NCBI GenBank assembly: GCA_000934665.2
Contig: KZ537955.1
Span: 124,001-188,000, forward strand
Source: Catajapyx aquilonaris
Lineage: Eukaryota
Reading direction: 5' to 3'
DNA length: 64,000 nucleotides
Shown here piece by piece: positions 52,359 to 64,000 of this stretch (position 1 is its first letter; every line of letters begins with the position of its first letter). The notes under the pieces were generated by a model that made no database searches, was not told the origin of the DNA, and saw only the letters and a program-made list of their open reading frames with translations. The position numbers and the translations under genes are program-made.

Positions 52359-55300
52359 GCTTTCACGTGCTGATGAATCCGGGTCCAATTCCAGTCGTCT
52401 CATTGAGATTCATCGCCCCCTGCGACGGGCCTTGTACCAGGTGGGCCGTAGGGATGACGAAGCCGTGTCTGGCCTGACAAATCGGTACAAATTGGGCTGC
52501 TTTATTTGGAAGGGGGGGGGGGGGTTTCCTGCGACAACCGAACGGGTTGGGTGTGCAAAAAGGTGGCGTAAGTGCAGGGTAAGCTCCCGGAAACTTTTTC
52601 AACCCCGGTGACACGGACCGTCCAGCAGTTTGTCCGGCTATTATCCCGCCAAAGCCCCTTGTACTTCGGAGCAAGGGCCTGCATGTTAAGGGCGTGTTAA
52701 AAACCGATGGGTCTTTTTAGCCCAAGAGAGTTATGGCGCGACTGGATTTCGCCCACTGGCCAAACTCTACCTGCTAAAAAAAAAAATGTGAAAGAAAATC
52801 TAAACCGGCTAGCTGTGTTGTCGATTGACACTTTGGGTTAAAGGGCATTGTCGTTCGTTCGACAGCACCTGTATACACCTGAGTGTCCTTGCCATACTTT
52901 TATGGTGTACGGGCCTTTTACTGTTTATTGGGTGTCCCAACCCCACCCCTGCCAAAGTGACCGGTAAAGCGAGTGGTCACCACGGCGGTGTGTTGTAAAA
53001 ACCAAGAAGGCCGCTGGCCGTTGTAAAGTGGTCAGGGAGCAAATGGCTTGTATCGGGTGTTTCTCAAATTCCCATCTGCCTTAGCACAAAATTCCGAAGC
53101 GTGTATTAGAACATATACTGATGGTAAATTTAACTGCAGCTTTGGGATGCCCCCCCAATGTTTGAGAGGCGAGGCTGACTTGAGGCTTGACCCCACAGGC
53201 GGAATTCGGGAACCTGCGGGAGCTCCACCCAACCCCCAAAGGGTAGTCTCGGGTAGGATCTCGGTGGGGGATCTTTCCGTGATTTGCAAGCTGGCAAAGT
53301 GGCCCCAACAATAACAAAAAAAGAGGAACCATCTAGATGCGTCAGCTCAGATTCAGACTGAAATGATTCAAATTGGCGCCATAGCGACGCAGAATGAATG
53401 CGCAAGGGGTATGCGCGGATCATGTGCGCATAGGGTATGCGTAGAAAGTGTGCGCATTGCCGGTATACCAACCGAGGCAATTTCCATAATCAATTCATAC
53501 CTACACACACATCAATATTACGCTCCGTGGCCTTCTGATTACAACCCCTTTTACGTAAGCGCACAGGCGTGTGTCTGAAAGGATTAAAAGCGGGTGATTC
53601 ATGTTGCAAGGAGAGAGGCTTCTAAGTAAATGGATGGTGGGGGTGTTCGCTTCGTGCCAATACAGTTCCATTTAGCCTGCTGTGCTGGGGGTGTGCACCA
53701 TACATTATATCAGATGAGTCAGAAAGTGCTATATCTGGCGCGCATGCACGCACATTTGTTTGGGTGCCACTGCGGAATAATTGTCGCTCGTTTTGCCTAG
53801 CTGACTCATTACGCGAACTGCGAACGGAATATTGCTATTTTTTTTTTGTTTCTTCCTCCGAGCTCTCTCTGGCGTCCGATTCCAGGCGCCGTAATGTAAT
53901 AACGCCCCTGACACTATATATCCTGAGTCATTACCGGACCGGATGCCCGTATTTGGCCGTAACGGCCAAGCACGGCGCAAATAAATAAGGATTAAACCCA
54001 CCCATTCATACGGCGCTCATCCCGAAAAACGGTGTGCAAAATGCGTATACCCGGCACCTGACACTTGATAGGGAAAAAGACAAAGAGGAACCGCTTGCAT
54101 AACCATACGTGTCCGAGGGATTAAAGGATAATATAGTCCGCGGAGAGCACATTTTTCCATCGCTTATTTGGAGTGTCCTCAAGGCCACTGTGGTTTGTGT
54201 ATGATTTGGTGGAATCTTAATGGAAGTGTTGTTGCCTGGAAGAGCAATCCGCCCCAGGGTAGTGTTGGCACTAGACAAAGCAATCGGTTGGAAAATAATA
54301 GAAAGAAATCGCGTCCACATTGTTTTATCATTAAAAAAAGCCTACATTCTTCTCACGAAGGGCGGTCAGTTTCTGTTGGTTTTCTATATATAAGCGTTTG
54401 TCTCGGTTTCAGGTGCAGCTTATTATGTGTGCAGCAGTATTATACAACTTTGGCGATTGGCTTATATCGGCCATTTTTTTTAACGATGAGATATGCGGCG
54501 GCTTTACATTTCCGCGTGCAACCAGGCCTACCATGCCCCATTGTAGACCTCTATAGAGTAGTGGCGCCTGCATGCCGCACTCTGGAATGTTACATTTTCA
54601 CCTTGACAATAAGTACTGTGGCCCATTAAAAGTTTACAGGCGTCGTTCAATAAAGCCACCCTAAGGCTGATGTTACACGGTAGTTATTCCCATCCCTTGG
54701 ATTCCTTCAGGGGGTCTGCTTACAACACCTGTGGGCCTCTCTTTTTATAACGCTCAAAAGTTATACGATTGTTCGCCATCAACCGCGATCAGGTTATTTG
54801 CACTATTTTTTGTCGTTGTCTATTCGCCAAGCGATATATTCCCGGCTCAGCTTCCAGGGTTGACACCCGATCTTTTTTTTTTTACTTATCCCCACTTGCT
54901 AGACTTGACCACCGGTCTGCAGACCACTAATTGACAACACGCGGTCCAGCTTTTTTTCCCCCCATCGCATCGGCTTCCATTACCATATGAATGCTGGCCG
55001 CATGACTGATGTGATAATACGCGGAGGTCGCACGGAAAAGAAGGCATCGTTTGGACACACACAGACGAAGGTGCGACTAGAAAAAGTGCCAACAGGGCTA
55101 ATTGTCCGAGTGGAAGTGACTGAGAGAAACAGGTTTATTCTCCCCCAACTCTTGACCAACATGTCAAGGTTCTTCCACAGGCACCGTGTTAGTCCCCAGA
55201 ACGCCATCTGAATTTATAAAAATGCCTGCAGCACACACACACACACAGCACCGTGAGAAAAATCGGACCCGAACCTTACTTTCTATTTCTGACCTGACTC

Positions 55301-55506
55301 TCAGGTATTAACGAGGAACGATTTGCATGCGACCCCTGTTTTTACTGTCGACCCCTCGACGCCGCATTCAGGTGCTCACCTGACCCGTGCTAAATCAGTC
55401 ACCTCCTCGGCATTTTCAAACCGGTGACTGCGACCTCTTCTTCGGCCTCAAAAGTCGCGTGCCCGCCTCACTATTCAGAAATGGTGTCTAACTATACACA
55501 AGTTAA

Positions 55507-55626
55507 GGCCTGTTGACACACTCACGATTTGAGCCTCGGTCGCACGACCATACGATTTGTCCGTCGCACGACCAGACGATTTGCGACCGACAAATCGTAT
55601 GGTCGTGCGACCGAGGCTCAAATCGT
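55507..55626. mobile_element. Foldback element, possibly a PIF/Harbinger-type MITE with the right end lost
   Basis: Perfect 38-bp inverted arms at 55524-55561 and 55589-55626 (ACGATTTGAGCCTCGGTCGCACGACCATACGATTTGTC). Preceded by TAA|GGCCTGTTGACACACT, which resembles a Harbinger end with a TAA target. Confidence 0.6.
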
Positions 55627-56941
55627 AATGGCGTCGTCTGCTGGAAAGAATAACAGGTATGTTTAGGCGTGGTTTTTCGGTCTGGGTGGCCGGTTCTTAC
55701 TATAGGTTCTTATGATGCTTGGGTGTCCGGCAAGGTGGGTTGCACAGTAGTTGAGGGTTGGCCAATTTCACGGCAAATGTGTGTGCTACGGGCCAATTGC
55801 GTGCCCTCGAGGAGAAGCCTGGCCGCGCCCCTGATAGCCCCTTGTGCTCCCTAATTTCTTCGGCGTTACTTTCGCAAACTGGATGCCCCGCCGATGATTT
55901 ACGCCGTTTGGATTCGGGGGTGGCCCTCACCACCAACTAATTGCCGGCTTTTGTGTCCGGACTGCTGGGGGATCTACTCTGCAAGTCTTGCGATAATTTC
56001 TGCTATTAGGCGCTAATTGGCATATATGTCTGGGGTTATTAAGTTACATGAAGGCGTGTCGAGGGAGTGAGGAAAGGAGAAAAAAAAGCGTGTGCTGCTG
56101 GCATGGAATATCTTCCTTTCATTCTCTGACAGAACACGGATAGGTCTACAGAAATATTTCTATTGTCGCCTTTGCTTCCATTCTTATTGTTTGTCCTTCC
56201 AGGAACAGCAGAATGGCGTTGAAATGAAGCATTTTGTTGACCGTTTCTTCACCTTGGATGTTGCTCCCGGTGTACTATTAGAATGGGTTAATGTGAAGCT
56301 CATTAATGCCAATTTTTGTGGAATACAAGTTCGTTGGTCGTTTGTAGTAATCACTGATATCGCCCGAAGTAGTTATTTTTGTGTAGCTTGTTGTGCCCCG
56401 ATCCAATAGCCTCAGGTGGTCGAATGTAGCAGTGGCTACATAATAGGGCAACTGTGGTCACAACAAGCTATACTTAAAAAACGGTTTTGAGCGAAATAGC
56501 CTATAACTATAAAATGACCCACGAACTTGGAACGCCCTGCTTTTTTATATAGATATATAATATATTAAAAAAGTTATTTTCTTGAGACGTTTTGAGGCAC
56601 GTGGATGACACCACACGATCAGGAAAACCTCACAGGGCCCTAAGTTCTTCGAACTCTTACCGTTTAGCGGATGTGGGCAAGTGTGACTAACGCCCTGCTA
56701 TTTACAAGCCCTTGTTCTAATTTTATAGCCGCTTAGCATCGGCTTCCCCTGAACAACGGATGTGTGGCTAGCAGTTATCAGTGCAGGAATTTTATTCACC
56801 CAAGATGTGGGCCAAGGGTAAACCCTCCCCAACTTCGAAATGAAAAGGAAAAAAAAGTCATGGCCAAGTGCGAAATTCGGCACACCCACCTCCTGTAATC
56901 TTTTCTCATTTTTTCCACCGGGTTTTTGCCCCCCCCCCCCC

Positions 56942-57179
56942 NNNNNNNNNNNNNNNNNNNNNNNNNNNNNNNNNNNNNNNNNNNNNNNNNNNNNNNNNNN
57001 NNNNNNNNNNNNNNNNNNNNNNNNNNNNNNNNNNNNNNNNNNNNNNNNNNNNNNNNNNNNNNNNNNNNNNNNNNNNNNNNNNNNNNNNNNNNNNNNNNNN
57101 NNNNNNNNNNNNNNNNNNNNNNNNNNNNNNNNNNNNNNNNNNNNNNNNNNNNNNNNNNNNNNNNNNNNNNNNNNNNNNN
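56942..57179. other. Assembly gap flanked by poly-C
   Basis: N run. Confidence 0.99.
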
Positions 57180-60100
57180 CCCCCCCCCTCCCCCATTGGA
57201 AGGACCATCCCGGTTCGTGTGTGGTTGTCGGTGTTTCTGTTGGCCACCGGGAACGAAAATGGTTTTTGGCCCCAAGGAAATGGGGGGGCCACGGGGGGAC
57301 TGTTTTCCCAGAACTCCCCATTTATTGGCATATTTGGAAATTCCCGAGCCTGTTTGCTCCGAAGGTTCGCATGTTGGGAATATTTTTTGGCCCTAAACTG
57401 TCATGGCGGTTATTTGGTGGCTACCGATGCCCATTATATTGTAAGGCGCAGCTTGCCGTGTGTCAGGCCCGTTGTCCCGTTGTGAAGAGGGACAGACGCA
57501 ACTTCATTCAGAGGGACACAATGGGCATCGAGGGACAGTGGTCTCCTTGCGTGGCCCCCCTTCATTTGGCCAATGTCGGCGGGGCGTCGCCTCATCTTCA
57601 TTTGCGATCGTGGGGGCCAGATAAGGACAAGGAATGTTTTCTTCTCACCGGGGACATTCTAAGCAAAAAGGGGGACACGACCGTCGTAAAAGAGGTCCTC
57701 CACTTCCCCCTTTGTTCCTTCCCGCTGCGAGGACGACTCGAGGTGGTAGCGGCGACACCCCCGAGTTTTGCCCAAGTCCAGCGGGGTCATCCCAGGGACC
57801 CCAACCAAACACAAATGATCGTAAATCAGGGGGTAGGTTGGGTGAGGGAAACAATACTCCTTTTACCTGACGCCGGCAAAAGGTGTACCGGGTGCATGCT
57901 GGGACAGCGATTTCCAGTTGGTATTCTACGTGGAGATTTATGGGGTTCGTGTGGGTTATTGTAAGGGGCCAGGGCTATTTTCGGGGAGAAATTGAGGGGA
58001 ATCGGGTCCAAATTGTGTCGTGTGCATGCTAATGGACAACCGTCATGCCTTTTTGTCACGAACACTGCTCGTCTATAGGTTGGTCAGACCTCACGGGAGG
58101 GTCTGCTCCAAACGTGAACGAAAACGTGAAACCCTGCCTCAACGCAATGTCTCCCAGGGTGCTGGTGGGGAGGGGGAAAAAAATGGACAGTCTGCGACGA
58201 TTTGGGAAGGAGATAGAAGATTTTTTGGAATGAGGTTTTTTTGGGGGGCGTGGGTCCGTCCTTTTCCAGATAAGGGTCCTGGGATGAACGAGCGGCGGAA
58301 GCGACACGAGGCGGGAAGCCAGATGGCTATCAACCCCCAGGTAACTTTTGTACCAGACTACCGTGCAAAAGGGTGGGTCTTTTGTTTCTTTTCTTGGAGA
58401 GCTGCTCCTCTTTGGTAAGATCTCCAGGAAAACTAATGGGGGGTGCAGCCAGGTTGAGCAACCTTCAAAGCGCGACAGAAGCAGGTGTGACGGAAACATT
58501 TCGACAATCCTGGGTGCTTTGGGTGTGGGAAAAAACATTTTTTTTGATCCAATATAACCAGGCTGAGCAACTAGTTTCTCAAACAAGCGATTTGTGAGTG
58601 TCCAGCTTTTTTTTGGCGGCCCCGCCTAAAAGATAGGAGGGTGTGAAGGGGTTCCACCCTTTTTCGGACTTAATCATTACAGGGAGCCTCATCTTCCCGA
58701 AAAACCCTGTGGGCAATTAGCGCACTCTTTTCAACATTCAGGGGATGTCTCCCACCAGACGTGCATACCGATCTCATTATATGTGTCACGTCCATACACA
58801 CACACACTGGGGGCCATTAATCGGGGGGGCAATGCCAGGTTGTTGCCGCGGTTTCTTTGAGCTTCCGAAGAGATGGTGAGACAGCCTGCTATTGTCAGTC
58901 AACAGGATGCGGAGCCTCCAGGAAAAAAATATTAAAGGTTTAATTGATGATTTAGTCCTTAAATTTGAGCACTATTCGGCGGATTACACCCCCTGCTATA
59001 AATCAGCCAGCAACGAGTTGTTAGTGCCAGAAACAACTCGTATAACCATCGAACTGTTATGCCGGCCGATAGTATCTGTTGGGTGATGTTTGCCCTGGTT
59101 GGAAAAAGGAGCACGATTACCATACAGGAATCTCTTTTCAATTCATCCTGATATACAGGGGAGGGCGACCCATCACCTCCCGTGTTTGCCCATCTATCGG
59201 CAGATAAGGAAACGTGCTTACAAGACGGGGAATGTGGGTCCAATGAAAAAAATATATATCATCCAACACGGTAGCACCGGTGTTGTCAATGGACAGTTAA
59301 AAATCTAGGTTGACCTCCGTACTGGCCAATTTCGACCTCGAAAGATGTTGCGACAAAAAGTACTGTTATCATTGCTTTGGGAAGGAAATGTTGCGGCATG
59401 CTCACCTTTAAATACTATATTTTTTTTTGTACGTTAGTTTTTATACGACGCCATGACACGCACTGGCCTTCGTAAATCATATTAAAGTGAATTCGGATGT
59501 TCGAGATGATAGCGCACCTGGTTGGAAAAACGTGACTTCGGGAAGTCTGCGATAATAATGCGATATTCTTAAAAGTGTAGCACTTTAGCTGCAGCTTTAC
59601 ATTTTTGTGGCTCAGCATTGTGAATGCCTCTTGCTGCACATAAAATTCGAGTTAATTCTCCGCTTATTTTAAACGGCACCCCTTTTAAGTAAGTTTTTGT
59701 ACCATTTTGATAATATCAATCAATTCGTTAGTTATTACATCTATTCCATTAAAATACTCGGATTGGACTGCCATCAAACAGAATCAATTTGGTGTATATT
59801 ATAATCCAGCAAATGCTTCAGAAGTTGTCAAAAACTATATTATACTATCACCAGCTATATAGGACTATTTTCATTCATCCCTGAACATTATCCTACGGCG
59901 AAGGAATTCTGTCCGGAGTGTACAACGCAGCAGTTAAAGGACGGTTCTAAAAAAATTATCGCGCAGATAGTTGGACTGTTCGGACGCATGTATTATTGTC
60001 TCGTGAAGGAGAAAATGCCCGCAGCAACAATTGCTGCTCGATAAGATTGACATTGCGCAGTGAAAATTATCGCCCTCCAACCCTCGTAAGTGGAGCACCA

Positions 60101-63100
60101 AGAATAACATTATGTGACGCTGGAATTCGCACTTGATAACATGTAATCACTTCATTGATCGATACAACACGGGAATGACGCTAACTGCAACATATCTGCA
60201 AAAATAATATTTGCGATAATTATGCATTTAGTGAAATGCAACTCGCCTTATTTTTTTATGGCAGGGGGTGCCATAAAGATCAGAGAGCCTTGAATGCCTG
60301 TACAATAGGGCTCGAATTTTTCTTTGCCCGCATTGGGTCCACTGCCTGCTTTGCCTACTGATTAGGCAGGAGAGACAAGGTGCTTGGGTAAGGGTTGAGA
60401 GATAGATCACTCTTTCGGCCTCAAGTGTGAAATATATCCGACCCCCTTTTTTCCTTACCCCCCCCCCCCCTCAATCGGAGATCGAAAGGATCTTTGGCCA
60501 CGCCTGGTTACGAGCAGCCACAAAAAAAGGGAAGCAAAAGTTGTGTGTGTGTGTGAGGAAAGAGAATCGATTGATGGTCACGCCTAATGAGATGGGCTTG
60601 TAGGTACAAGAAGAACACAACAGGAACACCAAAGGAGCTTTGGGGTAGCCTATCACGATCCCAAGAGTGTTTTATCCCCCCTGTCACTCTCTAACCTTCC
60701 AACCCATCCAGTTGTTGCGGACCCTGTACAGCACCAAAAATGCTCCGCCATATTGTTAAACTTCCCCCAAGGTGCTGGTTTCATTTTAAGAAGGCTGCCA
60801 ATCTGATTGGATGACATTCCACGCATGGTGGGTGGGTAGGGTGGACACACACCCACATAAAAAAAAGGTGTATAAGAAACGGGAGCCACGGTGGCCTTTC
60901 AGTTGTCAAAACAAACGAGGCGTGTGGCACGAAGCCTGCTGATGCTGAAGGAGAAGAGAAGAAGCAATGGGTAAAAACTGGGGCCCTCAGGGGGGGAGCT
61001 TGCAAGAGCATGTTGGTGGGCGGAAGAAATGACAGGTGTCCTTCCCAAGAAGCAAAACTTCTCTCAAGAAGTGGCTTCCCCGCACGTCTAGTTTCGCCAA
61101 GGCTGGCTGGCTCTAACAGCCAGCCCTCTAACAAAAAGATAAATGATTGCGAATCCAGCGGCCCACCGCCGAATTCAATTACTGTAATCCTTTCCGGAGA
61201 TTGTCATGTTCGAGACGGAGACGGAGAGAAAATTATATGTGTCAGTAGGAGAAAATGGTGGAGAGGGGGGGAGGGGGGCACTTTGATTTTTCAATTAGGT
61301 GGGCGTGTTTGCACTTTAAAAGCGACGTGAGAAAAAAAAAGTTTGAGAGAGAGAGAAAAAAAAATAGACAGAGCGTCCTGGGTCCCCATCAACATTCCAG
61401 GCGCGTCTTGCTCTGTCCCGATTCCAATCTGACTATAAACTAATCCTCTTGGGGATTTTGGGGGTCTTCCCTGAAAAGGACCTGCGTGGACAGTTCAAGT
61501 CACGGCTCCCCTCCTCCTGGTTGGTGCCACTTGCCACTTGGGATGCCAACTGGTTTTGTTGGGAGAGTTGGGGGGATTACCGCTGACAGTAAAACACAAT
61601 TGAAGAGCTCCTTTCCAGGGCTCGTGTGTAGGCTCAAGTAGCGTTTATGGGGAGAGATGTCCGACCATTAACTCGACAATCCCCTTGCGAAAGAGCCAGC
61701 TTGCGACCATTATGTGTCAGAACACATTATTTGGACAAGCGCAGGATTAGTCGAGCACAATGGTGACCAAATGGCCCGAATTTCAATCAGCGACACTAAC
61801 ATTGAAATTGAGTGATTCAGTGCGAATAAATTGTGTGTATTTCTCGAGCTCGTTCGTGTCTTGCTATTTCTTGCATAGTCAGTAGCACCTTATTAACTCG
61901 GGAACCAGTTCAACTGACAGGCATTTTGAAAGCAGCTGCAGCATGGCGGCACTTCCTTACCCCAGAAGGTAACTCACGAACTAGAGAGATTGACACCCGA
62001 GACAATTACATCACGTCAGCTAACAAACAACAACAACAGAGTACGGACGTAAACGGGTCGGGTAAAAACGGAGGTACTCACTTGTCAGCCAATCAGGTTG
62101 GAAACAAGCGTTTTGCGGCTGTCTGTCTGTCAAGGCCCCCACAGTACACACAATAACGCCTGCAGTTTGTCAGCGCAAGGTTACACTCGTTTTCTTCCCA
62201 GCTTATTTTACAGCATGTTGCAGTGTTTCGCTGCTACTTTTTTTTTGAATCGCAGTAAGCTTTAAGTAACTCATTTTTAACGATCTGTTTCCAGCAGCTT
62301 CCGCCTGCCAGTGCATGCCTGGCAGGTGTGAGTACACACACTCATTCACACACATCATCGTTGGCAAGGGGGAGGTGTTAACTCTGCCCCCCTGAAGCAA
62401 GTACTGAGGCAGGGGAGGGCAGGAGTCTGGAGTTACGGGGTCAATCTCCCAAAGGCGCCACTTGGGCTTTGCGAGATCCTCGCACGCAGAGAGAGTACAC
62501 TTGGGCTTCGCAGGCGTCTGTATATATATGTGTGTAATAAGATAGGCGCAAGTCTGGCTTGGTAATTGACTTTCCAGATCGATTATGATTCGGCGAAAGG
62601 ACTGTCCCCGGGGCTAATTCCCTGACACTTGGGACGTGTAATATATATAAAAAAAAGTGTAGCGATAATCGGAGCTGATTTGTGAAGCGCGTGCTGAGGT
62701 GGTGTATTATTATTTAATCGTGTAATGGGAATTAATTTTCAGGCGGCGCTTTATTGGAGGCCCCAAGCCTCGTGATTAGGACGGCGCCAAAAGCGAAGGC
62801 GGAACTTGGCCAATCACTTTGTTAACCCCTCCCTACTAAACGGAGGTTAAGAAGAAAGAAAAAAATTACTTCCATCACCCCCAACGAGAGTGATCCGGAT
62901 AGATAACGCGGTATTGTTTCGGTGTGGGAAGGAAGAGAGGCTATCAATCGTGAAGCAGTCCGCTGTAAATATGTCTGTAGATAGGACAATACAAAAAAAA
63001 GTAGGTCAGAGTAATGAGTGTTTTTTGAAGCACGACTTGTTGCAACCTGAGCCTGATATAGTGACCCGCAGCTTCCATAGGGGGCGATGTCTTCATCCAT

Positions 63101-64000
63101 TTGGGCATAACTTTGGCTCCAGTCGGCTCGTTACTCCGGAGCGAAATCATCAACTGAATCTTCCTGTTTGGTCTACGAAACGCTGACTCCCCAAAGAAAT
63201 GAGGACATTGGCTTCACCCTTGAACTTGTTCGAATGGGGGGTGGGGCTTTGCAAGCACCAGCAGGCTGCTTCATACATAGATGTGTGATGTCATGTCTGC
63301 ATTACCAGAGTTCAAATACCGAGCGGGGGTGTAAAACAAGCAGGCGGGTCAGTAATCAGCAAAAGTTACACCCGGGCTACCCATAAGTTCTGGACCATTT
63401 AAGTGCAAATAGGTTTTCCCCTGCACCTGCATATACCGGGTGTAATTCACACATAATGGGCACGTACAACCGACTCTGCATTTCGGTGGCAACCCCCTCA
63501 TTAAAAGAAATAGGAAGTATCCTGCCAGTTAGATGACCCATCCGCCACACATGAAAGTGGGATCATCTAACCAGCAGGATAGTCCACTCTGCTTCCATTG
63601 TCCTCTGAAAGAATCTTCTCAGGAAAATGGGTGGGTGTCGAGGTGGAATCCAATTTGTCAGAAGGTCCCCGTGTGCCCCTGTGAGCTGCTCCTTGGTCCT
63701 CCTCCCCCCAAAAAACGAGAACGGTGGCTCATCAAGACGATCCCTATCGGACTGTATGGGTGGGCCCTTCCTTTTTTCCTTCTGCGACGACACCGCCTTG
63801 TCAGGTCCTGGCATCGAGTTGGGGGTGTCGCAGGGGGTGCCGACATATTCTTACCTGCCACGAAATATTGCACCGAAATATTCAATGCTGATTTTTTTTT
63901 TCTGCGTACCACATTCATGGACTAATTTCTTAGGAGGAAAATAACGTTTTGGGTGGTCAGATTCTCTACCGGAAAGCTGTTAATTATCACCTCCACAAAA

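Noticed and set aside
53048..53314. YTDG motif resembling retroelement RNase H
   Set aside because: No downstream RNase H motifs and no adjacent RT sequence.

Overview
This is eukaryotic (invertebrate animal-type) genomic DNA with GT-AG introns and three assembly gaps; the species cannot be determined from sequence alone. The ORF track is almost entirely spurious. The one confident gene is a + strand DUSP11/PIR1-like RNA 5'-phosphatase (P-loop VHCTHGVNRTG). I reconstructed it from 9 coding exons between 2853 and 29840, with mutually consistent splice phases. Its first coding exon appears to lie upstream of the window. Its last exon encodes a Q/G/R/Y/W-rich low-complexity tail. Three of its introns are very large (about 10.8, 3.3 and 10.9 kb) while the 3' introns are 61-467 bp. 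These introns and the 34 kb downstream are mostly non-coding, TAAT-rich sequence suggestive of a developmental regulatory landscape (inference). Several MITE families are present: hAT/Charlie-like with an 8-bp TSD, Tc1/mariner-like with TA TSDs, a four-copy foldback family and a two-copy TIR family. Two cases of local templated copying occur next to MITEs. A weak, phase-compatible three-exon orphan ORF (43344-56409) is a candidate second gene. I found no convincing novel multi-gene system.
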